A stretch of 56,393 nucleotides of DNA, filler included, from Sphacelaria rigidula (Eukaryota), in the NCBI GenBank assembly GCA_964200075.2. It is 5 parts of 5 records of this genome, joined end to end, with 100 filler letters (N's around TTAATTAATTAA, not from the genome) between each part and the next. Parts side by side here need not be neighbours in the genome. Positions count along the whole stretch, not along the records: positions 1 to 11,199 come from CAXNAA020005250.1; positions 11,300 to 22,498 come from CAXNAA020005251.1; 3 more parts are not named here. One strand, given 5' to 3'. Shown piece by piece: positions 1-12,733 of the stretch; the first letter of the stretch is position 1; each line of letters opens with the position of its first letter. A model generated the notes under the pieces. It was given only the letters and a program-made list of their open reading frames with translations. It did no database searches and had not been told where the DNA came from. A program made the translations under genes and the position numbers.

Positions 1-554
1 TTTCGTAGTCATTTAGATGAGTTCCTTCCGAAACATGTCTCAAAATTTGAGGTTCCAACTCGAAAAAACGAGTGGCGCGCGGTGATATTGCCGATTGACG
101 AGCTTCTTGGCCGGCCCAGCTTGTACGCAAATCACAACCATTATTCCCCACTACTGCTGCTACTGCTACCGGAGTTAAGAAGTCTAAATTTCGTTTCGCC
201 ACGATGCTTAGCGCTGAGAGCACACGAAAAAAACGCTACCAAATGAAGTCAATGCTAATGCTCAGAGGCAACTGCTGTATTTACTGTTCGAATGTGAACT
301 GGGTGGGTGTTGCTACCAGCAAAGCGATGCGTGTTGTGCGATATGACCTCGCTTGTTAGGATCATGACATATCCCATTTCTTCCACACGTCTACTCTGTG
401 TTGAGCATGCGAGCAGATCAAAGCTCCATACTCATAGACTACACCGATCAGTCCTACTGATAAGTATATGTGCTTTGTGTTTCATGTGGTCGGACTGCTA
501 CAGCCAATCTACGGACTTGTGAACATGCACAGTGTACCCGGGCCTTACAGGTCA

Positions 555-870
555 GCAGGTGAGTAATACTGAATGCTGTTTCTGGTACACTCAATCCGAA
601 TCTTACGGGTGCGGGAAAGTGTTTCTTGTGTACTAGATTCGGATGCCACGCGGCAGGGGTAGCTTTTGGTACACATGAGATTCAAATCGCGCGGGTCGAC
701 GAGGAGCCGCTACGTTTCCCTGAGCCGACTTTTAGAGATGACAACTAAAATAATATGTCATGTCGTACAGGGGACCAGTTCTACAGATCAGTGGTACACG
801 AAAGTGTGTGTGAAGCAAGTCGTACAGCTTGTTGCTTGATAAATATGTACGGGTCAAGCGAGTCCTACAG
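555..870 (+). mobile_element. Partial copy of the non-autonomous element at 20707-22214
   Basis: ATCCGAATCTTACGGGTGC...GGGGTAGCTTTTGGT...ATGAGATTCAAATCGC...CAGTTCTACAGATCAG...ATATGTACGGGTCAAG aligns by eye with about 21825-22092. Boundaries approximate. Confidence 0.8.
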
Positions 871-1525
871 GTTTCAGAGTTACCAACTGAGCCACTGAAT
901 AGGTCCCGGCAAATAGGGCATGCCTCACTTCTTGCCTGAGAGTTCCGTTTCAGGAGAGGTTTCTTGAATTTTGCCTGAAAGCCCCCTGTCCTCTCGAGGC
1001 ACAGAAAGGCCAGCATAACATGATGCCGATAGGCGAGAAACTCCCTACAACTGGGGGGCTGGTGATATCCATTTTTATCTACGGGACGGAACCCTTTTCC
1101 GAGGCAATTCTGCAGACTCCAGAATGCGAAACTAATGATGCAGACTACAGAATGAGATACTACGACACTTGATACCCCTGCTACTGACAGCTGAGCGGCA
1201 CCGTGTCTGCGCAAGGAGAAAGTTCAACTTCCGCAGAGTTGCCGCCACAAGCTGGTGTAGGCACTCATCGTCGTGCCAGCTGGGCGCTCATCATACCACC
1301 CTTACATTGCGCCGTCATCAAGTGCCAAGTGAAAGCTGCAAGCTGGTCGGTAAATCAATATAGTGCGAGCGAGGTACATGGTCGTATCTCACGCAAAACT
1401 GTTTTTTCTATTTTTCTGCTCCAACGCTTGACCGCCAGGGGAGATGATCTGTTGAATCGGCATCACTCTCACTTGAAAACTAGTGGGTGAGCCAGACTAT
1501 CTACCCTGGCGGTCAAGGCCTATTA

Positions 1526-2699
1526 GGGCCGGTATTATCGACACAGTTTTTTCGGAGATCGCCAAGATTTTTGGCGTTTTTGCACCTGGCGCTTGTCATT
1601 ATCCGAAAATTCCTAGATTTTTTCGCCAAGCCTTTAGGTTTGGCGAAGGCCGAATATTTCGAACCGCAGCGCAATACTCCGCAGAGCTGCCCTTGGCGCA
1701 CGCCGTGGCGCTCGCCAGCCTGCGAAAACCATCAGGAACCTTGCTAGTGACACCCTGGGCTATGTCCTGAAGTACAAAGCACCGCGGGTTGGCGGTATTC
1801 ATCTCCTCAAACGGTGTGGGGTGTTGGAGCTGTTGGGTCAAGTACGGGGGTCGTCGTTTGCAGACATGTTGACTTTCGAAGTGAAGAGCAGAAACGATTC
1901 AGCAGCTACCTACTTGCCTGCGGTGCTGCTACGAGTGTACGCTACCGCACCGTCTGAAAAGTCTATTGCTGGTGGTTTAATGGGAGTATCTGCGCATACA
2001 ACTCACAGAAAGCAGGCATGCTGCAATCTACAAAAGGGGCTTTCTAGAGTCGGTATTTTTACTCAAATAGGCTGCTACAGCATCCCGAAAGAGCCGGTCG
2101 ATCACGCCCTAGCCTGTCCAACTGCCCCCCTCCCCGTGTCACAGAGAGGTTTTGAGAAAGATGTTCACCACAGCTATGAACGCCATACACAGGCAGGTAG
2201 TATAACCCTATCATTTATTTGCCGTCCAAGGCAAGCAAACGACGACATCAGCACCATCTGTAATGAGATATCTAACAGCGACAGTGTGTGTATTGTCATC
2301 CCATCTATTCTGGACGCCGGTCTACACCTTTCGGTATATGTGGGCGCACCAGCCGGGGTCACACAGGAGAAAGGTCATGTCAGCACAGGAGCTTTTTTTC
2401 TGTTTTTGTTTTAATATACCACCTTCCTTCTGCGGTGCTTGCCTTTATTTTTTATCGCGAGAGGGGTTTAGCACTCCCTATCCCTCGTCGACTGTCAAGT
2501 CGCATTTTGTGTACCCACGACATAGTCGCTCTCCAATGTTGGGGCAGGGTGTGAGAGAAAAGCCCACATCGTTTCGAGGTTACCAACTGAGCCACCGGGG
2601 CGACCGGCTGCACCAGTAGATCTAGATAGTAATGAGTCTAGGCGATCGCCGAAATTTCAGACCTTTTCCTAGTTTTTTATTTGTCCATAATAAAGGCCC
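1526..2699. mobile_element. PIF/Harbinger-like MITE (TTA TSD) with a nested SINE
   Basis: Imperfect TIRs GGGCCGGTATTATCGACA / TGTCCATAATAAAGGCCC; TTA on both flanks (1523-1525, 2700-2702). Confidence 0.7.
2284..2608 (-). mobile_element. tRNA-derived SINE (B-box region deleted in this copy)
   Basis: Minus strand begins GCCGGTCGCCCCGGTGGCTCAGTTGGTAACC (A box) and ends in a (CA)n tail; body matches 12362-12733 and 14470-14818. Confidence 0.8.
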
Positions 2700-2929
2700 T
2701 TATTATCGAAGAGATGTTCTTCCAGATAAGTTCTAAAATTATGCAGAGCTCCCAAACAAGCCATTATTATCGAGTTCTGCCGTTGCTGCGAGATCCTGTA
2801 TCTCATCACGGACAGGGTTGATCTCGTCGTTGGCTCGCCTTCCCCGGCAAAATGAAGGACAGGATGCTGCTGCCTGCCCGCGTATAGCGTTCGAAACTAC
2901 AGTAAACAGCTTCTCGCAATCTCTCTGTG

Positions 2930-3554
2930 AAACGGGGGCGCGGTCAAAACGCTAAGGGCATAATCGACCCGCCCTCCTGGAATGCAGCAGCAGCACACAA
3001 ATGTAAATACCGACTGTAGAACGTTCATTGCAGAGTTTGCAGCAGCATACTTGATTTCTGTGCGTTGTATGCGCGAATACACCCGTCACACCACCAGCTG
3101 TAGACTTTACAGACGGTGCGATAGCGTACCCCTTGTGGCAGCACAACAGGCAAGTAGGTCGCTGCTGAATCGTTTCTGCTCTTCACTTCGAAGGTGTGTA
3201 TATCCGCAAACGACAACAACCGTGCTTGACCCAGACAGGTCGACCACCGCTGTCGACACGCACACCGTGTGAGAATATGCACACCAACCCACGGCGCTAA
3301 TTACTCTCCGACATGGCTCAGGGTGCCACTGGCAATGTTTCTGGTGACTCTCGCACGCTCACGAGCACCACGGCGTGTCCACAGGGCAGCTCTGCCAAGT
3401 GTTGCGCTGCAGTCCGAAGCGTTCAGACTTCTCGAAACGTGACGCTTCGGAGAACAAATCTAGCCGCCTCATTTTCAGTGAACGCTAAACGTCGAGTCCA
3501 GAAATGCCGAACATTTCAGAGATCTCGCAAAAAACAGTTTACAATAATGGGCTC
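2930..3554 (-). mobile_element. Inverted, diverged partial copy of the 1526-2699 MITE family
   Basis: Reverse complement matches about 1526-2140, e.g. TTCGAAGTGAAGAGCAGAAACGATTCAGCAGC; both translate as TFEVKSRNDSAATYLP in the ORF track. Confidence 0.75.
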
Positions 3555-4587
3555 AAGTATGACATTTCATTCTATTTTTTTTGTCAGCTATGTTTTGCTC
3601 GCAGCTGTGGGTGTGTTGTGCGACAGTGGGTGCCACACTTTACGGCCGATCACTTCGAGGTAATTACGTCGTCAAGGTCGGGTTTCCGGCTTGCACGGTT
3701 TGAAACAGTGGTACGGCCGATTTCATTCGCAGAGGTCCAATCCGGCCTTGAATCGCGCCGCCTCGAAGGCCGCGGTATCCAATCTACCGCTGCAGCCGGG
3801 CACCGAATCAATCTGCGGACCGGCGGTCACTCGAAGAAAAAAGAAGTGCAGACGGATATCCGTACCTTTGGCCGCAGTTGATGGGCGGTTTGCAGGTGAT
3901 ATGGGCAGCACGGAATTGCATGGTAGGTGTGATACGGAGGGCTCATTGTATGGGATACAGTAGCGGTGTACCGCCGCGTTCCTTCTCTATTTCGCGAAAT
4001 TGGCAACTTTGGACACAGCGTCATCGTGCAGAGAGCGCTGAAGGAGCGTTCGTCTGCGCCCTATTCTTGGGTCTAAAAAACAAACAAAAATAAATGCTCT
4101 GCACGAGTAAGTCTCCACGTACGAGGAGCGGGCTGCGCTTTGACTCGTCATTTAACGTTGGTGGCTTGGCGCAGGTTTTCGCAGCGGTCGCTACCAGCTG
4201 GCTGGTAATCACAGTTACGGCACGTGCAGCAACTGGAACCGCACCATTTCGTCATCTGCTCCTCAACCAACATACTGCGTGTACCAGGACCCCATACCTG
4301 CTGAAACACGTTCATCTTGGTGTGTACACGGGCCGATCCGGCCGCACGTCTGGATGTGCGCGGTTAAGGCCGGAATCGGGTTTACAGTGTATCATACGGC
4401 TCAAGGCCGATCCGGCCCCAACACGTGACGTGGCCACGCTGGCGGAAAACGGTGATAGGGCCGGGTTTTTCTCCATGAACGGGGGCGGTCGTGAGTGTGG
4501 AACCCACCGTATAACCAAGAATAGCAGAGTGTCTTCTTCGGCTCATTTCGTTCTCTTTGGGTTCCATTCAGTGCCAGTCAGTGGGTC

Positions 4588-4636
4588 GAGAGAGGAGAGG
4601 AGTGGAGAGGAGTGGAGAGGAGAGGAGAGGAGAGAG
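4588..4636 (+). repeat. (GAGAG/GAGTG)n microsatellite
   Basis: Pentamer run seen directly. Confidence 0.9.
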
Positions 4637-6069
4637 GCTAACTCAATGCGATACGAAAGACAGGACGGCCAAGCAACGCCATAATTTCCCTTCATCAGAT
4701 TCTGAATTGTACGAAGTGTCGCTCTTACTGCTGCGCCTAGACGTTCTGTTTTCATACACACAGCCAGTGCCGGCTTGCTCACAAGAAACAGCTGCTTAGA
4801 GCGAGGCTCGAAACCTTACTCTAGCGACCGATATGAGCGTTACTGCTTATGTACCATTTCTCATGTCCGACCAAGAAATATGCATCCATTTCTTAGTTTG
4901 GTCATTTCTTGTTCCCAGTCCAGCAATTTCTTCATGTTTCTTTTTGCCGGTTGTTCTCCATACGAACGAACGTTCATTGCACGATGTTGAGGCAGATTGG
5001 ATTTGCAGCGGGACAGAAGCTACTTCGGGAACTACCGATGAGGTCGCTCCATTTTACTTGGGGGATTGCCGGGAGAGTAGTCTGAAACCTAGTCGTAAGG
5101 TCAAATCTCATGGCCAATGGCGCCCGCGCTCACATGTTTCAACACATCACAGTAGTACAGTACACTGCTTTGACAGACAGCACCAGCAGGAACGTCGCAG
5201 CAGCGGACAGCGCCTTGTTCGTTTCACGGGAAAGTAAAATAGCCAACACAACATGAAGTTTTCAATAGTGTACAGCCAGCACTGCGTGCCGAGTGACATT
5301 GTTTCCTGCAGAGACCAACACAACGGCAACATCGCAGGTCATGCAATTCAAACTCCTTCGCGATGCGTTAGCACACTACAGTACAGACAGGACAGCTCCA
5401 ACACATCAGAGGGCGTGAGTGTGTTTTTGCCGCGGTACAGTGAAACATGACGTGTCCTCAATATTGGGCGAGTGCCGAGTTTTAATGCCCGGCCATAGTC
5501 GCTCTTGTTTTATTTCAGTTCGGGTTACCCATATCTGCTCGTGGGAGGTCTGGCTTGTGTTACGGGCTTCGCCGGGCTTCGCCCGACAATTTATTGAAGT
5601 AAATGCTGCCCCGGTGCATCTTCAGTTTACCGACATTGATCGATTTCCTGCCGCTCCATTTTTTATCATGTCTCATCTTTTGAGCTCAATTGCTTACGGC
5701 GAATGTCCTAGTTTTTCGATAATTTAAGGCTCACTTTCTCACGACGACTCTTCTTATGAGCGGGCAGGCATTGTTCCCAAACCGCTCTTCCGCTGGTGCG
5801 CGTACACAACACACTTGCTTATGGGCATCGAGTGTTGAGCCATGCCGCCGTACTAAAACATGCGCAAAAGGCGAACAGGCAAGTAAAGCAAGTGTCGCAA
5901 CACCTGAGACATTTTGCCTCATCTGACGAGGGCATTTAAGGGATACAATAAAATGGGCGTATAAGGCAAATGTTACCTTACCCCAATTTATTTCGCCTGC
6001 AGCGAGCCTTGCTTAGTTCGCCTACGACTTGCTTTATTCGTCAGGGCCTACTACCGGGGCGACCGGCTT

Positions 6070-6660
6070 GATTATACGGACATTCTTCTTGCTACGAGCT
6101 GGGCCAACCTAGAAGCAGATTTGAAGTTTGCAGGCGCAGTACAGCAGAGCAGTACACGACAACCCGTACATCGCCCTCGCCACAAACTTTTGTCTCTTGG
6201 AGACTGAAGTGATCGAGGTAATGCTGTGCGGCTGCATGACCTGGACGATCGCACACGACAATTTCGGCGCGTTACGGGAGGCCCATCGAGGATCTCTGCT
6301 GAGGTGCCTCAATAAGCATACCTCAGGCCGCAGCGCCTCTAACTACCACATGCTGCCAGACCACGAGGTCCTCGACCGAACTAGCTGCGAGTGCAATGAG
6401 GCCACAGTGATAAAGCGAAACCTCCTACACGCCGGCCGTGTTGTACGCATGCACGATGAACGCCTCCCTAACCTCATGCGTGGAGTCATGGTTGGAGGGA
6501 AGACGAGGGCAGGCCGACCAGCAAGAACTACTGCTCGTACTTCGGAATAAAAGCGACATCGTGGACGCAAGTTGCCCAAGAAGTGTCTGAATGGTCCCGA
6601 GTTGTAGAGGAGGAAGCTAACATGTACATGACAGCCTGGACGAAAGCACGCCACGCTATG
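6070..6660 (+). mobile_element. Decayed 3' fragment of an RTE-type LINE ORF
   Basis: Translation EVIEVMLCGCMTW...LREAHRGSLLRCL...EATVIKRNLLHAGRVVRMHDERLPNLMRG...GRP resembles the RTE C-terminal motifs LYGCxTW, RRLxWAGHxxRMxxxRLP and GRP. Confidence 0.75.
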
Positions 6661-7204
6661 AAACTTTACGCTGCGGTACCACTGGAGCTCCCCCAGTGTC
6701 TACCGAGGACTTCCAAAAAGTAAGCAGTAGTCCATCGGGTAGTACACTCACTATTGTACTACATCTGCGGTCTTTCCCAGCAGCTGTGGCGGTCTATAAG
6801 GGTGCCTAGGGTCGTCTTTTTAGTTGCCCCCCGCTCGGTAGCCTTGATAGTCCTCTTGTGTCATCTGCCTTATCTCGTCTTTTTTTTTCTTTCCCTTTTC
6901 TGCCGGTGTGCTTTTCTTAGCAGATCTGAATTTTGTTTTTTTTTCGTTTCCACCCCGTTGAACTCGAGGAAGCTACTTCTCATGTTTTGCTTGGCGTCTC
7001 TTCTCTTATTTTAATTCTGGTGATACTTCAGTTGATTGCGTCTGTTCTTGTAATCAGGCTGGAGTCTCTAACAAAATGATGGCGGACTCTTTGTCTTGTA
7101 AGGAACAGCAGGGACGGTATTGGAAAAACGAGCCTACGTATGTGACCACGGGTTCGAGAGATCGGACTAATGTGTGGAAATACCAAAAAGAAGAAGAATG
7201 CGCA

Positions 7205-8428
7205 TTTTTACCTCAATTGATAGAGTTGGACCCTGAAATTTCGTATGGACAATGATAAGAACATAATTCTTGAAATATTGAACGACCCACAGGGTTTTTT
7301 TTATATTTTCTAGAGTTGGGTACTGAAACAGTTCGTTTTGACAGTTCTTAGGAACTGGCCAGATCCTAAGGACTGGCAAGCGGGCAGCCAGTATCGCCAG
7401 TACATACACAACTTACGTACGTCCCACAATACGCCTCAAAACCAGCGGAAAACCACCAAAATTACGCCGCCACGCCGCCTCAAAGGAGAGAACACACCAC
7501 ACACACCACACACACCACACACACCACACACACCACACACACCACACACACCACACACACCACGCAAAGCACACGGAGCACATAGCAGGAGATCATTAGA
7601 ACGATGCAAAAGGTTTTTCAAGCCTGGCAGCCCGCCGGCAGCAGACCCCGGCGGTGATGGTACCGCGGGGCCTGCTGCGTCAGCAGATGCACCCGCTGCG
7701 TCAGCAGATGCGGTGTTGATGAACGTTCAGGGCTGCTGTGTCTTTGGTTCTGTTTCTTGTGTGAGAGGATGTCCCATGATCAATAATGAAGGGTGCTCAC
7801 GCCTTGTGCCGTCAAGGGCTACCATAGACCTGCTCTCTACATTTTTTATTCGGAAGTCCCAAGTACTCTGTACTTGTTTAGACTGAAGACACACCATACA
7901 CCCGAATTGCAACAAATCATGTGTAAGTCTCACTCCGATGCTGGAGTTGATGGGCATCGCAACATTTGTGGCACATTCATTCTCTTCTATTCTCACATTT
8001 TCCTTGTGTTGACAACAATTAATTTGGGCGTTGTACTCGACGTTGTCTCCCGAAATAGTGCCTCTCAAGTTGGTAAAAAATCACCAAGTCTTCAGGCTCT
8101 GGTGCAGTCAAATCGCGTAAAAAAGCGCCTCCGCCGGAGCGCCGCCAGCGGGCCCCCTCACCCGCCGGGCGCTCGGCGCTTCACCGCGCCACCAGTGCAC
8201 TGATCGAATCCAGTATACTGGCTGCTGGCTGGCTGCGCCAGTACCCAACCCTAATATTTTCTTCATGATGTAACGGCATTTTACTGAGACCTGGAAAGTG
8301 AGTATGGCCTCTGACCCATGAAAAAACAAAATCTTGGGATCGGTCAAAATAAATTTTTCATTGTGTTTTATTCAGTTTCCATACGAGTACCAATTTTCAG
8401 GGTCCAACTCTAAAGCTGAGGTGAGAAC
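7205..8428. mobile_element. Imperfect inverted repeats (about 7205-7325 and 8240-8428), probable old DNA-transposon relic
   Basis: TAGAGTTGGACCCTGAAA and GTTGGGTACTG on the left match the reverse complements TTTCAGGGTCCAACTCTA and CAGTACCCAAC on the right; no clear TSD. Confidence 0.5.
7492..7563 (+). repeat. 9-bp minisatellite (ACACCACAC)x~8
   Basis: Seen directly; source of the spurious TPH/CGV repeats in the ORF track. Confidence 0.9.
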
Positions 8429-8573
8429 GGGCCAGTTACCAACCGGGTCGGTGGAACGTCGAGACCGTATTGCAATACTTGCACTTACGGATGTATGATC
8501 GTGTTGTGTTGAGTGCCTCTGGAAAATAATTTCGCTGTTCACTTGTTGGTGTCGATGACAGAAGGGAACATTA

Positions 8574-10324
8574 CAACCTTGTGTTCTGCAGGGTACGGTT
8601 TTCTGTATACCTGGGGTGTTTTGCCGGGTATTTACCGTACCCGACGCTTCTGTGACTTCTGTAATGCTTTCATACCGGTACCCGACACTTCTGTAAACTC
8701 TGTAATACTTTCATACCCTTACCCGATAGTTCTGTAGTCTCTGTAAGACTCCCGTACCGTTACCGGGGGGCACGGGTACGCTCTTGATAAGATACCCGGT
8801 CGTGGGTACGGTTTTCTGTGCAACCTCCATACCCTACCTGACAGTTTCTGTGAGTTCTGTAAGCCTCCCATACTCTTACCCGACAGTTCTGTGAGTTCTG
8901 TACAAAAACTTTACCCGTACCCGGAGCGTGGGTATGCTCTTGAAGAAACACCCAATTGCCGGTACCAGTTTCATGTAAGCCTCCTATACCGTACCCGACA
9001 AGTTCTGTAAATTCTGTAAGACTTTCATCCCGCACCACTACCCGACAGTTTTGTGAGCTCTGTAAGCCTCCCGATTGCAGGTATGAGCACAAGTATATAC
9101 CTTGGGGAGGCACGGATGTAGGTTCAATCCCAACACAACTTCATGACCTGAACATGTACCTCCCATCGATCAACCCACCCAACTCCTTCATTCAAAACTG
9201 CACACCAACAATAATGTAATGTTGAAAAGTTCTTCAGTTTGGGATCCGACGGGATACGAGGTACCGCTTAGAGGGAACACGAAACATGATCAGCCCTGCA
9301 GACCGTCAGGATCAATCACCCCCAGACTCGCGAGTGGTGGCTCGAGCGGGGGTGGTTCATCTGCGCCACCAGAGGATCAAGTAGCAAGACACGCGTCATC
9401 GACGTTGATGGTGGTTGTGTCGTGGTCATCAAACTCCAGGCCGTTATCGACATATACAGCACAGAGTATATGAGCTGCCACCGAAAGTCGTCAAGGCCGT
9501 CGGCAATTTTGTCGCCTGCCGAAGAGCTTCCAGAGAACGGGCAGCCGTGAATGTTCCTCCATGTACTCTCTGGGAGTGTACGTGAAACCGATAGATGTGG
9601 ACAATCCATGTACTACTGCGATTGTTCGTGTAGTCTTTCTCTATCAATGCCGTGAAAGCCGTTCAGATTTTTCGTGAACAATCATCATCTGTATTTCGCC
9701 ACTGATGTAGTGACGTAGGTCTCACCACGGGGGTGATGATAATACCGAGGTCGTGTTCTGCAGGGTACGGTTTTCTGTATACCCGGGGTATTTTGTCGGG
9801 TATTTACCGTACCCGACACTTCTGTAAACTCTGTAAGATTTCCATACCGATACCCGACACTTCTGTAAACTCTGTAATACTTTCATACCCTTACCCGATA
9901 GTTCTGTAGTCTCTGTAAGACTCCCGTACCGTTACCGGGGGGCACGGGTATGCTCTTGATAAGATACCCGGTCGCGGGTACGGTTTTCTGTGCAACCTCC
10001 ATACCCTACCTGACAGTTTCTGTGAGTTCTGTAAGCCTCCCATACCCTTACCCGATAGTTCTGTGAGTTATGTACAAAAACTTTACCCTAACCCAAGGGG
10101 CGGGTATGCCGTAAAAGAGTTACCCGATTGTCGGTACCGGTTTTATGTAAGCCTCCCGTACCGTACCCGACGAGTTCTGTATTTTCTGTAGGACTTTCAT
10201 GCCGATACCCGACAGTTCTGTAAATTCTGTAAGATTTTCATACCGGTACCCGACAGTTCTGTAAACTCTGTAAGGAATCTCATACCCTACAGAACGTACC
10301 CATACCTTACAGAACACAACCTTG
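8574..10324. mobile_element. Composite hAT-like non-autonomous element with a duplicated repeat-rich block
   Basis: Ends CAACCTTGTGTTCTGCAGGGTACGG / CCATACCTTACAGAACACAACCTTG; flanks GAACATTA / GAAGATTA (7 of 8 match); blocks 8574-9070 and 9746-10324 are direct copies built from TACCCGACAGTTCTGT-type subrepeats. Confidence 0.65.
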
Positions 10325-11123
10325 GAAGATTAGGTCGGTTTCTGGTCCGAAACAACCTACGAGCTGGGCCGCCCAAGAAGCCAGCAGGAATGTTGAAACG
10401 CGTATTCTTCGCTCAATTTTGGATCGTTTTCGATGAAATTTTGACACGATATACAGGATGTATGTGCGAATGCCAAACCTTTCATCCCCTGTTTTATTTT
10501 CCCTTACTCGTACGTGAATGGCAATTTTGTTCCAAAAACTGTTCTGAAATGTTCCGTTGCCAATAACTTACGGAGAAAAGGAAAAAGACACATGGGAGGA
10601 ACAAAGGAGCGTTTGCACATACGTCCGGTACATCATGTCAAAAATCAATCGAAAACAACTACGTATTGAGCTCGGGCATTGTGCTACAGCTTGTGTGGAA
10701 CCACGCGGCACAAAACTGACTTTAATCGAAAATCCAATCTCAGCCGTTTTCTTTTGACTAATTCCACCGAACATGTACTCTCAACTCTATACACTTTCGC
10801 ACTTAACTACAGTAGAGTATTTTGTTTGATGAGACCTTGTCGGATCGCAGTGCTACATGGATTTGCAGACGCGCGTTGATTTGCCGATCACCACGATGTG
10901 TCATACTAGGCATAACGTCATAGTAGGCACAACTCGCGATACATCGTCAGTTAGAACGGGCTGGAGGAAAGTGAGCTTCTTAGGCGGCCCAGCCTGTACT
11001 AGTTGCGTGGCACTCATCGCCAATTGCGCAGGTACTGCAGGTCACTTACCGGCCCTCGTTTGGTTTGGTGTTCGTGTATTGAAATTTTGTGTGGGACCTC
11101 GCTATTATGGGGCACAATGCTGA

Positions 11124-11199
11124 ATGTGTGTGTGTGTGTGTTGTCGTCCCATCTATTCTGGGCACCAGTCTACATCTTTCGGTGTATGTGGGTGCATCA
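11124..11199 (-). mobile_element. SINE 3' end, cut by the contig end
   Basis: (TG)n followed by TTGTCGTCCCATCTATTCTG...TTTCGGTGTATGTGGG, same family as 2284-2608. Confidence 0.8.
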
Positions 11200-11299
11200 N
11201 NNNNNNNNNNNNNNNNNNNNNNNNNNNNNNNNNNNNNNNNNNNTTAATTAATTAANNNNNNNNNNNNNNNNNNNNNNNNNNNNNNNNNNNNNNNNNNNN
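11200..11299. other. Artificial contig linker (N44-TTAATTAATTAA-N44)
   Basis: 100-nt N run with a central six-frame stop palindrome; identical linkers recur three more times. Confidence 0.98.
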
Positions 11300-12082
11300 T
11301 GATTGTGCATGACATACTCATAAGAACATTGATCTCGCATCCCTACATAGCCGGGACAGAGCACGCCCGGTTTTTTCCAGTCCAGTCTCGCAGTCAATCA
11401 CAAATTGCGAAACGCCGCGATGTGTTTGACGAGTCACGTGAATGGTGGGCTGTATCCTACTTAGTTTGTTCGGCCCGAAACGTTCCATGTACCTTGCACA
11501 TGGATGACTGCCTCCACTGAGTTGCTTCATTTTCCGGTATCGCCCCTCCCGGAGACAACCACGGCTTATACACTGCCTCACGGGTGTCTCGCCATTTAAA
11601 CACTACGCATGGCGGTGTGTTCATATTGCGCGTTCGCAACGCTTGTCAGTGCAAATCAAAGTCGATCACGATAGGTAACAGTCCGTATCTCCCATGAAGC
11701 ATGAGGTTGATTCAACAAATCGACATGTGGCTGCGAGTACCGCACTGCAAAGCTTCCATTTTTAAGCTGCTCCATTCTTTTATTTTTCTCCCTTGAAGGA
11801 AGGATGAAACGCAGCTCTTACCCCGCGAACGGGTTGGTATGCCGTTTACTCGGAGGCTCGGCTAGACCGCCTCACCTCGTGGCAGTGATGTGGGGTACAC
11901 GCCTCGAGCGTTCGGAACGCTTCACTCAAGGCAGTGTGGCGGTCAAACCCACTAAAACCCCTTGTCAACTTGGTGCAGTGCACGCAACGCCCTACCCTAC
12001 TGAGCTTCGGACCTACACGATGCTCCGTTGTACAGGTATTATTTGTACCCGAGCATGTATATATTCGAATTCGAGTACTCGC

Positions 12083-12156
12083 CTTCGCGATGGTGACGTC
12101 CAGCCCGGAAGACGTGAGCAGGGCCTTCTTTGTCTGCTCCATAATCTCGTAAACGC
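12083..12156 (-). CDS. Homoserine dehydrogenase, exon 2 (gene continues beyond the contig)
   Basis: CAG acceptor, phase-1 join to exon 1 completing a Gly codon; reads GVYEIMEQTKKALLTSSGLDVTIAK; probable GC donor AAG|GCGAGT. Confidence 0.8.
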
Positions 12157-12361
12157 CTGCGCCGCAATGCCGCGCAAGGAAAGACACGTCCAGGAGAACC
12201 CTCTTCATTACAAAACGTGAATTCTGTTTCTTCGTTGATTGAAATATCTTCGCCTGTGCAAACAGGACCGACGCAAACACAGTCACTCACCCATGGTTTC
12301 ACTAGAAAGCCGAGAAAAATCCGAATGTTTCATAAACGACTGCTGTTGCGTAACCCCAAGC

Positions 12362-12733
12362 TGTGTGTTGACACCCATCTATTCTGGACGCCAGTCTACA
12401 CCTTCCGGTATATTTTGGCGCATCAGCCGGGGTAACACGGGAGGAGTGTCAACACAGAGTGTTTTGTTCATTTGTTTGTTTGTTTGTTTTAGCACTCCAC
12501 CTTCCTTATGCAGTGCTTGCCTTCTTTTTTCTTACCGTGAGAAGGGTTCAGCGGCCCCTTTCCCTCGTCGACCATGAAGTCGAACTTTGTGTACCCACGA
12601 AATGGTCACTCTCCACTGTTGGGCATGATGCGAGGGAAAAATCCCAGATCGCGTGACTTCACCGGGATTCGAACCCCCGCCCCAATTGTCAAGAGGTTTC
12701 GAGGTTACCAACTGAGCCACCGGGGCGACCGGC
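12362..12733 (-). mobile_element. tRNA-derived SINE in HSDH intron 1
   Basis: Minus strand has A box TGGCTCAGTTGG and B box GGTTCGAATCC followed by the shared SINE body. Confidence 0.85.

Noticed and set aside
548..566. Microexon CAG|GTCAGCAG|GTGAGT
   Set aside because: The same context recurs within the dispersed transposon family (about 21162-21190), so it is repeat-derived.
7338..7886. TPH-repeat protein ORF
   Set aside because: It arises from a 9-bp minisatellite inside a repeat relic and has no splice or homology support.
8574..10324. CRISPR-like regularly spaced repeats
   Set aside because: Degenerate subrepeats without unique spacers, lying inside a TIR-bounded element.
12655..12733. 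tRNA gene
   Set aside because: A and B boxes are present, but the sequence is fused to a multi-copy SINE body and lacks a convincing cloverleaf.
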